From contig OZ287750.1 of assembly GCA_965649765.1 (NCBI GenBank), positions 76,012,001 through 76,076,000 on the forward strand: 64,000 nucleotides of DNA, written 5' to 3'. The stretch is from Bispira polyomma (lineage: Eukaryota). Below are positions 30,201 through 42,200 of the stretch, piece after piece. The position numbers were made by a program, and so were the translations under genes. The first letter of the stretch is position 1. Every line of letters starts with the position of its first letter. Under the pieces are notes generated by a model. The model saw only the letters and a program-made list of their open reading frames with translations. It was not told the origin of the DNA and searched no databases.

Positions 30201-33200
30201 GCAAGTCTTTGTAGATTCAACTTTGAAGGGGATGGGGGGAGCTTGGCGAGATCACGTGTACTCTGTAGCCATTCCGCGAGATCTCGTGCATACCCAGTCA
30301 ATCTCGCAGTTTGAGCTTTATAATGTGTTAGTAGCAGTGAGGCTCTGGGCTCACGAATGGGAAAATAAAGCAATTTGTGTAAGGTGTGACAACGCTGCTG
30401 CAGTCCATATTATTAATACGGGAAGTACCCGAGATCCGTTTATGAGTTTATGTATTAGGAACTTATGGTGGTGCGCACCTAAATTTAATATAGATATTAA
30501 AGTAAAGCATATTGCAGGCAAAGATAATGTACTGGCAGATAAACTGTCCAGGTCCACACAGTCAGGTCATTAAAGATTGTAGTAGTGAGGTAATAGAGAA
30601 TGTAACTGATGATATGTTGTATTTGTATTCAAATATGTAGGGATCCCACGACACATGGAGGCTTTATTGACGTCTGCATGTGCCAGATCTCGCGAGGCAG
30701 TCATACCTGTGACCCATAATACTTACGTGAAGCAGTTTAGAACATTTTTAGCTTTTTTCATTAGCAACGAGATCTCATGTAATGTGAACGTGTCTATAGT
30801 TCTGATGTACCTAGAGTTTTTAACGGCGCAAGCCATGACGTATAGGGTCATTAATAATTATGTGTCAGGGGTGAAATATTGTTGTACAATGTATGGCATG
30901 GACATTCAGCCATGGGAACATGTTACTGTTGTCAGGTTTTTAAGAGCCATTAGGATTAATGGTTCTCGGGTCGTGAATAAGAAAGGTTTCTTTTCTCTTC
31001 AAAACATTAAGCAAATTTCGGAGGCATGTGCCGTGTTTGAAAGTACAAATGCGTACAGGGCTGCCTTTTTGACAGCTTTTTACGGATGTTTGAGGATATC
31101 AAACATAACCCCTGTTAGCGCAGGGGGATTTGATCGAAGTAAGCATATATCAAGGGGGGATGTGGTGTTGGCCCACCCTGGAATACATCTGACCTTAAGG
31201 TGGGCAAAGAATTTGCAGGAAAGGGACCAGTCGCACGTGGTAATACTACCACGGGTTAGGAACCCCCTTGTGTGCCCAGTGCAGGCCATACAGGCTTTGC
31301 TATCTTCCAGAATACTCCCAATCTCGGACCCTCTGTTTGTCGATGATAACTACCATTTAATAACCCAATCAATGCTGAGAAGACGGCTAGCCTCAATTTT
31401 GAGAATTGCAGAAATTCCCCTTCAGGGCCACGGGTTTCATACATTTCGTAGGTCAGCAGCCACATTGGCTTTTGATGCAAACATCCCGATGGATAATATA
31501 CGGTTACACGGGGTCTGGAAGAGCAGCGCGGTAAGGGCCTATATTAAACGCAATTTGCGTCAGGCACACTTATTGCCAAACACTTTCTCCTCCATTGTTA
31601 ACTCTACTTTCTAGGGATTATGTTCGATATTGCTCTCTTTTGGGTTGGGGGTTATTTTAGATTTTATATTATGTCAAACGTTATGTCATTTTATGTCAGC
31701 AACAGTATTTTAACCTTATGTGATAGAAAGCTAATAAAAGTAGTAGCCCAAGCTATATATGATCTCTTACTGGCTTTATGACTGTGTGTGTAACTCCATT
31801 AATTTGGATTATGACTCAGTCATAATAGACCAGTCCAAATAATGAACTAGTCCGCTGAGCCGCACTGGCCATCACAGCACAGCACTGCCTATATAAACGG
31901 CCGCACGTGGTGATTAGCTTTATTATTTGAAATATATTGAAGAATTTTTAGTGGGAGGTATCTCCTGGTGTATTTTATAAAGACCCACCCACCCTTGGGT
32001 CCCCTTTGTTATTAGTATTTTAGTATTCTTTGTATCTGGTGTGAATCTGTAGGTGGTTACAGATCAGGTACTTATGCTAGAATGTTAGACGGGGGTTATT
32101 TTAGATTTTATATTATGTCAAACGTTATGTCATTTTATGTCAGCAACAGTATTTTAACTTAATGTGATAGAAAGCTAATAAAAGTAGTAGCCCAAGCTAT
32201 ATATGATCTCTTACTGGCTTTATGACTGGGACTACTCAGTTGTATAGACGTCATACTTGCCATTACAGAAGAGTTCCTTGTTAAAAACCTTCCCTGTATT
32301 CTGTTCATATTATTTTTCTGATATAAATGTGAAATTAACACATAAAATTAAAATTATATAAACAAGTGAAATTTTTTTCTTTTGGCTAAAATTTCTTTTT
32401 GTACAGTCATATCATACCAATTGTATTGTATGTAGATATAATCCTAAGAGATCGATTTCTATGTGTAATTTTATTTTCCCTAAGTTTTATGGAGAATGGA
32501 AAATAATATACTAGGTAAGTCAAATTAGAACAAGAGTTGTCTTTTAAAAAAAGATGCAGGCACACAGTGTGAGAAATATAAATCTGGCACCCCCTCAGTT
32601 TGGGCAGGTTGATTAGATTGCTTTTATCTAACCCATAAAGGCCTTGCATATTGTTTCCAACATGATGGTTGGCGGTTTCCAACGTGGCCCCGCCCTTTTC
32701 AGAGTGAAAACAATATCAGGGTGTACCTGTATTGTCTTCAAAACATTCACAAAAAAGTTTTAGTGAGACCAAATTCTCAAAAGTAAAATTGACCTCATGT
32801 GAAAAATATGTGGAAGTGCCTGGCCAGGGAAATAGTTCCCATGCTTAAATGGTGGTTCCATATTGCCGATTCGGTTTCCGACCTTTCTGATATTGAGGTC
32901 CATGGCCTGTCCGTATAGGTCTGGGGGCAAAAACTGGGTGGTCTGGAAGGTCGGGAAGGATATCCAACATGTTTGATATTTTGTAAAAGTCCCCCAACTT
33001 GCCTTCCTGATCTCTAAAGCGGGAAGGTCGGCAATTGGATTATAATTACGTTCTGCAGTTCGATCTTCAGGTCGCCCAACACTTTCATCTTAAAATCGGG
33101 CCCATTTTGCTGATCGAACTTGAATGTGGAACCATCACTTCATAACCAATCTAGATAATCTACACAGTAGTTTCAGTAAATCGTAAAGCTGATCCGAATT

Positions 33201-36200
33201 CATGCACTAATGTTACAGACCAGCGTGAGCTATAGATCAGTTGTACCTTTGTATTTTCAGTATGTTGTGTCTGCGTGAGGAGTTGATGGTTGCTACTGGT
33301 ATCGGTTGGTTGCAGAGAATCCGGTGGGATGGTATGATTAATGGGGACATGACTATAGAGATCTCCTCCATCCCCTTCTCTGTAGATTTACAACAGTCTA
33401 GAGGTAAGAATACTTGCACTTAAACAACCTCTTTCTGTGTATTTATTGTGTGTAGATTTGTGTATAGTAGGGAATATAGGACGAAATCCCAATTGACGAA
33501 ATGTCCAAATCCTCTTGTGTACGAATTCCTCTGATCCAAATATTTGATTTGGTTAAATCTAAACACTGGTGTCGAATTTCTATTCATGTTAAATTTTAAG
33601 TATATTTAAGTGATGAGTTTGTGAAGCATTTACAGTACAGCCCTCTGATGTATTCTAAATAATTGCATAGTGTTTCAATACAAGTTATATTTCTAGCCTC
33701 TATTACACTATAAACATTTGTATATATTTACAGCCTCTCAGTTAACTTCTTTAGAAGAGTATGTCAAACAGTTAAAGTACAGCCCTCTGATGTACTATAA
33801 ACGTATATATTTTCAAGCTCTCAGTTAACCTCTTTAGAAGAGTATGTCAAACAGTTAAAGTACAGCCCTCTGATGTACTATAAACATTTGTATATATTTT
33901 CAACCTCTCAGTTAACCTCTTTAGAAGAGTATGTCAAACAGTTAAAGTACAGCCCTCTGATGTACTATGAACACTTGTATATATTTTCAGCCTCTCAGTA
34001 TGTTAAACAGTTACAGTCCAGCCCTCTAATACACTATAAACATTTGTATATATTTACAGCCTCTCAGTTAACCTCTTCAGAAGAGTATGTCAAACAGTTA
34101 AAATACAGCCCTCTGATGTACTATAAACACTTGTATATATTTTCAACCTCTCAGTTAACCTGTTCAGAAGAGTATGTCAAACAGTTAAAGTACAGCCCTC
34201 TGATGTACTATAAACACTTGTATATATTTTTAGTCTCTCAGTTAACCTCTTCAGAAGAGTATGTCAAACAGTTACAGTCCAGCCCTCTGATGTACTATGA
34301 ACACTGGTATATATTTTCAGCCTCTCAGTATGTTAAACAGTTACAGTCCAGCCCTCTAATACACTACAAACACTTGTATATATTTACAGCCTCTCAGTTA
34401 ACCTCTTCAGAAGAGTATATCAAACAGTTACAGTACAGCCCTCCGATGTACTATAACACTTGTATATATTTACAACCTCTCAGTTAAGCTCTTCAGAAGA
34501 GTATGTCAAACAGTTACAGTCCAGCCCTCTGATGTACTGTAACACTTGTATATATTTTCAGCCTCTCAGTTAACCTCTTCAGAAGAGTATGTCAAACAGT
34601 TACAGTACAGCCCTCTGATGGGAGGCTTTGCTGTTGTTCTGGCCAGTGGTAAAGCAGCTTTTATTACCGCCAGCTCACTCAAATTTGAACCTCATGTAAG
34701 TTGAAACCATGGTGTGTACGTGTGGAAATCTACATGGAGACTGTAGATTTGATTGATTTTGGGTTTATCATCACTTTTAACAAATTGTATTGGTCATATA
34801 ACGATAGGTAGTTTTCAGTGCTGGAGGAAGCCAGTGTATATGTAGTGTCAAGATTCTACACTGGAAACTCTCGACCATTGGCAAATAACTGCCAACTTTC
34901 CCACTTAAAGTCCCGGTCGAGATTCAAACTGAGATGATAGAGATGGAAGGCGAATGTGAGATACCCTAAAGCAGTCAACTGTCAAATATATGCTCAGGAT
35001 TTGTTATAGTTATGGCCAGTGTTCTAAACTACCACCGAAACTTGCATGCCCAGTGGGCTGGTAACTCTTAAAAGTAACAAGCCCAATTCGAAAGTTCCTT
35101 TCCAGTAATCTTCACAAGATCAATATTTTATTTATTTTTTTTTTTTTTTTTATTGTTTTTTTTTTTTGACAAATAACATCACAACTACAGTTACACAAAA
35201 CAGTAAGACAATGTACAATACAATAATACACAATTACAATTTACATACAAAAAGTGACTATTTCTATAATACTAACTTTCACTCAGATAGATGAATAATT
35301 TTTAAATTACAAATACAGTTCCACAAAACATAAACGACAATAGTACAATACAATAATTACAACTTACATACAAAAAATGTCTATTTCTATCTTATTTCAC
35401 TAATAAATACATGTACATCAATAATTTTTTAAATATAAAGGTACAATCAACTAATTCCGTTAAAGCAGCGTTATTAGCATTCATTTCAGTAAAAGTTTTT
35501 TTTACAATTGTTTAAGGTATTTCCAAAACATTGTTTAAATTTTTCCAGATCACCCCTTGAATTATAGAGGTTGCGGAGAAGTTGAAGTTTATTCTTGATA
35601 AGTAGCAAATATTCAGAAAAAAGGGTTATTTTGTTTGTTTGCTTTTTCTTGTTTCTAAACCATTTACCAACTAAGAGTAAATAGTTAATTAAAAGTAATT
35701 TATCATCTTGAGTAAAAACCATACCTAATAAAACCTCACATACTCTAAATCTGAACTTTAAATCTAGGTTGTTTGAGATCCACAGTTCTAGCTTTTTCCA
35801 AAATTGATTAGATTGTTTACAAGCAAATAAATGATGTTCTAAAGTATCTACAGTCTTAATCTCACAGTATTGACAAAAAGATGTTTCAACTATTTTCCAT
35901 TTGAACATATTATACCGACAATTTAGAGTTCTATTAAGGATCTTATACTGGAAAGTTTGAAGATATGGTTCTGATGTAGTAATATAAACTAACTTAAAAT
36001 AGATTTTCAATCCATTGCTTCTAGAAATGGATAAAGGTCTATCCAAGCTTCAAGCGAAGTTGGAGGCTCGCATTTACTGTAAACAATATTCCAGTACAAA
36101 TGGTTGTTTTTTATGTTTTCTATTGGTTTTATAATGTTATTAATACACAATGATATTTTATAGTTACTTTTCATTTGATCCAAGGTATTGAGAGATTTCA

Positions 36201-39200
36201 ATTTAGACCACCATTTAGTTGGAACTGCCTTAATGATTCCATAATACTGTAATATGGATATTTTGGGGGATAGTTTTAAAGCAAAATTTTCATATGTTAA
36301 GATGGTTCCGTTGGGGTTAATTAAGTCAATTAACTTCGTACATAAAAGATCGTGATTGTTATTCACCATAGTCAGTTCAATACAAGAATTATTTATAAGA
36401 ATGAACTTATTATAAAAAAGATATTCATTTAATATTTCGTGAATAGTAAATGGCTTGTTTGTTTTTATTGAAAACCATGAGTTCAAAAGTTGTTGGTAAA
36501 ATTTTGTCTTTGCTAGTTGATATTTTCTAGTCGGTAACTTAAAGTCAAAGAAATCTTTACCTAACCCTATCAGTGACCAAGACAATACTTTCCATCTTTT
36601 ATTAGTTCCATCAAATAAACGCTTTATCCATGAAATTTTCTGAGTGGCATGAATACTATATATATCTGGCATCTTTAAACCACCATTTTCCAGATCATTT
36701 ATTATTGTACTTCGCTTAACTCTTGGAGGTTTCCTTCTCCACAAAAAATGAAAAATTAGTCTGTTTATATTATCAAGCACATCAGTTGGTGTATATATAC
36801 TGCTAAATAAATGAAAAAATTTAGGTATAATTAGTGATTTAATTATAGCAATTTTTCCTTTCCATGATAGGTTCCTTGAACTCCAAATGTAGAGAGATTT
36901 TTCAACTGCTTTTAGTCGTTCTGTAAAATTTAAATCTATACTGCAATTTGAATTAAGTGAAAACCAGACACCAAGAGTTTTGAAAGATTTTGTTTGTATC
37001 CTTATATTTTTCAAGTTTTTTGGTAAATGGTTTGTTATCAAATGCAATGTTCCCAGAGGTATAATTTCCGTTTTTCCAACGTTCAACTTCAGGCCGGACT
37101 ATTCTCCGAATTCATTAAACAATTCTATTGCCCGTACTAATGATGTTATGTCTTTTAGAAAAAGGGTTGTGTCATCAGCTAACCGAATAATTTTAAATTC
37201 CTCCTCACCAATAGTAATTCCTTTAATTTTATCTTCTGATCTTATAGCAATGGCTATAGTTTCAGCAACTAAAATGAACAATAACGCAGATATCGGACAA
37301 CCCTGTCTTATTCCTCTACTCAATGAAAAGTATTTGGACAGATATCCATTGTTTGAGACGCATGAAAAAATGTTATTATACAATAATCTAATCCAATTTA
37401 TAAATTTTTCACCAAAACCAAAAGCCTTTAATGTTTGAAATAGAAAAGGCCATTCTACAGTGTCAAATGCTTTTTCAAAGTCTATAATAGTTAGGATCCC
37501 TGGTTGTTTTTTTAGAGATGAAAAATATATTATGTCATCTATAATTCTGATGTTTTCTCCTATAAATCTTCCTTTGACGTATCCGACTTGGTCCGGGTTT
37601 ACTAAATTCGAGATAACTTTTTGTAGCTTCATAGCTAATGCTTTCGCTAATATCTTGTAATCTGTTGCTAACAAGCTTACAGGTCTCCAAGATTTCAAGT
37701 ATCTCAAATCTTTTTCCGGTTTTGGTATTAATTTGAGTAAACCACGCCTTTGACTATCAGATAATTGACCATTCGAGAAAGAATACAAATAACTATCCAA
37801 GAGAGATTTTCGTAGATCTGACCAAAAATATTTGTAAAAATTAGTTGTGAACCCATCTGGTCCTGGTGATTTGTCGTTAGACATTGTCATTAAAGCTTTA
37901 TGTAAATCTTCTATGGTTAAATCTGTTTCACATTCATTTTTACCATTTGAATCTAATTTTGGAATGTAATCATTTTTCAAAAATCTGGTATCATTTTCGA
38001 GAATGATGCTTGGTTCAATCTTACTTTGGTATAAGTTTTTGTAAAACAGTTTCTGTTCTTCTAAAATTTTATTTGGTTGTACAATTTCTATTCCATTTGG
38101 TTGAATGATTTTTTTAATGTATTTAGTATTGTAATTCCGCTTTTCCAAATTTAAGAAATATTTTGAATTTTTTTCTCCATATTCAATCCACTTAGCTTTT
38201 GACCTTAAAATAACTCCATTCATTTTTGTAGTTTGCTTTGCCACTCATTTTTTAATGCCTGGTATTGATTAAATTTTTCTTCTGAATCATCTATATTTGT
38301 TTCTAGACTATGCAGTTGTTTTTCTAAATTTTGTTCTTTTTGTCTTTGTTCTTTTGCATTTTGGCCAGCATACGAAATAGTTTCAGTGCGGATTTGACAT
38401 TTAATATATTCCCATAATAAATTTTTATTTTCAAATTCCACAGTCTCTAAAACTGATGCTATGGTTTTTTTTATTAACGATACATATGCAATGTCATTTA
38501 ACAAGCTGTTGTTAAACTTCCAGACGCCTCTACCTCTATTTTGTGTGCCTAGTAATTCTAATTCAAGGACAACTATACTGTGATCAGAACGAAAACCAGG
38601 TTTTATCCTTGTACTTTTTGTTTGATATTCAAGAGAGTTTGAAATAATCAAATAATCTAAACGAGATTGAACAATTCCACAACAACTTCTTTCCCGCCTT
38701 GTAAACTGCGACAGTGCTTTATTTCTAAGTCTCCAAATATCAACCAATGAAAATTCTTCCATTAAACACTTTAAATTTTTACAGTAGTTAGTCATTACGT
38801 CTTTTTTGCCTCCTTTTTTATCCAAATTTTGATCTAAACACATATTAAAGTCTCCCCCCCAAATTAAATTTTTATCACTATAACAGTTTAATTTTTCTTT
38901 CAGGTTTTCAAGAAACTGGTTTTGAGCCAACTGTTTATCTTTAGTGGGTGCATAAACATTTATAATTGTAATATTATTCCCTTCTATGGTGCAATTTAAT
39001 ATGAGTAAACGCCCATCCTTATCACTGTCTAAATTGATACACTTTAAAGTTTGGTTTATAATTTGGTGGAATTAGGATGGCGACACCCCTACTATTAGAA
39101 CAACCATGTGCAAAATATATATCACCACCCCACTCTTTTGCCCAATATTTTTCATCAGAGGTTATAGAATGTGTTTCTTGTAATAAAATAATTTCTTTGT

Positions 39201-42200
39201 GCTTTTGTTTCAGCCAATTAAAAACTAGTTTTCTTTTGTTTTTGTCTCTGAGACCTCTACAATTAAAGGAGTTTATAAATGTAGACAATAAATTTTGAGC
39301 CATTTGTTATATAAAACTAAGATTTTGTTTTGCAATATGACATGATGATTTTCCCTTTGAGATTTAATACTAAATCCCATCTTATTACACCTAACGAAGC
39401 CAACCCTACTAACAGAAAGGACTCATTATTTAATGTACAGACATATATAATTGATACTGTGACAACATTTACACAGAGAACATAGAACAGAGAGGAACAA
39501 GCAAAAATATTTACAACAATAACTAAACTATTTTTACAGTTGACATTATTATTGTACATTGTAATAATAATGTCAGAACTGACCAAGTTAAATATTGTAA
39601 TTAGTTTTGTTCTATTATAGTAACTTGCACAGGTAAGTGATCAGTCACTTGAATTTATCAATAGAGATATAACTGGTAACTTATAAAAAGAGCATACACA
39701 ATTGATTTAGTCAACAATTTTATTGGTAAACGAAGTTAAGAAATTAGGCAAAGCCATGACACTCAAAATCTAGCAGAACAGACTTCTTAAAATTAGCTGT
39801 AGCTAATACTATGAGTATTTGAAAACATCATTCAATAAATGCAAAACGTGTAACAATTTTATTGCTGAACTAAGTTAAGAAATTAGGCAAAGCCATGATG
39901 CTCAAAATCTATAGGAACAGACTTACAATTAGCTGTAGCTAATAATATGACATAAGTATTTAAAAACATCATTCAATGAATGCAAAACGTGTAACATTTT
40001 TTTGTAAATGTTGGTTTAGCAATAGAGATACAACTGGTAACTTATAAAAAGAACATACATAATTGATTTAGTCAAAAATTTTATTGCTGAACTAAGTTAA
40101 GAAACTAGGCAAAGCCGTTACATTGAAAATCTAACAGAACAGAATTCTTAAAATTAGCACTCATCTAAAAATATGAGATGAGTATTTGAAAAAACATCGT
40201 TCAACAAATGCAAAACGTGTAACGTTTTTTGTAAATGTTGGTTTAGCAAAGATGATATTAGCTATGCTATAGAGGTAAACAAATTTGCACGTTTAGTGCA
40301 GGCCTCACTTTTTGAAAGCCCATACATATCAAAATCCAATGTTACCAGTTTCTTTTATTTTAAGAGTAGATATGTTTAAACAGGATTTACTTGACCTTTT
40401 TACAAAATGTAGAATGAGACAGTTTAAGTCAAAGGTCAAGCAACCACAGGTTGGCCCAGAAATGTTACTTGCATATCAAAATTAACTGTTACTAGTTACC
40501 TTTATTTTTGAATAGATATGTTAAAACAGGATTTACTTGACTTTTTACAAAATGTAATTAAATATAGAATGACACAGTTTTGAGTCAAATGTCTAGCAAA
40601 ATGTAATTGAATATAGAATGACACAGTTTGAGTCAAATGTCTAGCAACCACAGGTTAGTCCACCATTATGTAGTCAACTGAGAAAGTCTGTCTAGATGTT
40701 TATATCAAATATACTAATATGTCTCCATTAATATAACAAACTTTTATGGTTTTACTTACAAGCATTATTGTTCTTGCTGTCTTAACACATCTCTAAGTTT
40801 TGTGAGGATCTGCCGAAGTATGTTATCACCTTCCCAGCGACTTTCCTCCAGGATGCTTGGGTCAGACAGAGCAAGGCCGCAGGCAAAGAACTTGTCATTC
40901 CTATTTGCCTCTACCAATTTCCCGCAGCTTGATAACAGCTTCTCCTTGAGTGCCCTATTTTGGTTGAATTTAAGATAACATGCCTTTTCCATTGTGGGTC
41001 GTGCATGCTTTGACCATTTTGCTTCATCTAGACTTCTTATACGATGAGAGGCCGCCTTCATCTTTCTGAGATCTATACACCTTGCAATGGTAGTTGCAGT
41101 TGCATCGTCTTTGAAGAAGAGACTGTTCTGATAGAGATAGTATTGCTCTGAGCAAGAATAGATGCGTCCTTCCTCTTGGGAATGGTCCTGGATGAAAATT
41201 GCTCAGATAGCACTGCTGCCCAAAGAAGAATGTAGAATCCATTGCTGCAACATAACGTTCTCCCTTTACTGCCCAATGTAGGCTTGGAGGTAGCGAATCC
41301 AGGTTGTTTACTGTGTACTTACGGCCATTAATAAGTAGCACATCACCTTTAAGAGAGCATTTCGTCACTGTTCTGTCACGTTTAGCTGCTTTGAGACACG
41401 GAAGAAGAGTCCTTCTGTGGTCCCTAACACTCTCTGGGAAATCTTCACTGACGAAGTAGGAATTGTTTTTGAGAGACCAGCTTGCCTTCCAGACTTTGTC
41501 TCGATCCGGATAGAAATGAAAACGAGCGATTATCGTCCTCGGTCGTCTTGTAGAATGAGGGGATAAGTGCGGTGGCTTACCAAGCCTGTGGATCCTGGAA
41601 AATTGAATTTTACCAGGAACTTTCAGTGTGTCTCTGATGAACGCTGTGATTTTAGATTGTAGATCTTTGTTGGGTGATTCTGGGACTCCATCAAATAGAA
41701 GGTTTTCTCTTCTGGTGTAACTTTCTAAGCTGGCTAATTCATCCTGTATCCGTTGCATGGCTTTATCCTGCTCCTTCTTCGCACTTTCCAGATAATCACA
41801 CTTAATTTCAAGCTTTTTCAGTTCACTTTTCAGTTCTGTTTCCACTTTTTCAATGGGACGGTTGTCTTGCTTTATAGAATTCAATTCCTTTAATAAAAAA
41901 GAAAAGGCTTCCACAAACCACTCCGGTGCAGACTGCTGGATCTTTAATATTGTTTGATTTGCTTCTCTTTCAGTTATTACATCATCTTTGTTAGGTGAGG
42001 ATTTATTGTCTGTCCTTTTTATTGCCACTTGATCAGAGACAGGAGATACCAAAAGATCACTGGCTCCCCTCTTACTCATGACTCAATTTAGTTTATCTTG
42101 TATTATACTAGATCAAGGAATGTAAAGTGTATGAATAACTTTTAGTTGCCACAGCACTTTAAATGGTTCAATTCACCTTCATATAAATGTAAACATTTCC

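Larger units (their letters stand above)
26489..32228 (+). mobile_element. Ngaro/PAT-type tyrosine-recombinase (DIRS order) retrotransposon with split direct repeats A1-ORFs-B1-A2-B2
   Basis: A1 26489-26688 matches A2 31785-31983; B1 31647-31784 matches B2 32091-32228; gag, RT/RNase H and YR ORFs lie between; no methyltransferase ORF seen; no TSD. Confidence 0.94.

Noticed and set aside
30655-31614. Tyrosine recombinase as phage/bacterial integrase or contamination
   Set aside because: It lies downstream of gag and RT/RNase H within split direct repeats, the standard Ngaro arrangement.
33873-34487. 204-aa repetitive ORF as a standalone gene
   Set aside because: It is the stop-free 87-bp junction repeat (intron tail plus exon 6 start) inside RIC1 intron 5; nothing supports independent expression.
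41170-41190. Programmed frameshift between ORF1 and NADAR
   Set aside because: The shift falls inside the NADAR domain (after LSNF), no slippery heptamer is evident, and the element has several other disabling lesions. Decay or a sequencing error is simpler, though this is not excluded without other copies.
40765-41230. NADAR as an independent bacterial gene or horizontal insert
   Set aside because: Its N-terminal motifs are in frame with ORF1 with no intervening stop, and it sits between ORF1 and ORF2 of a poly(A)-tailed element.
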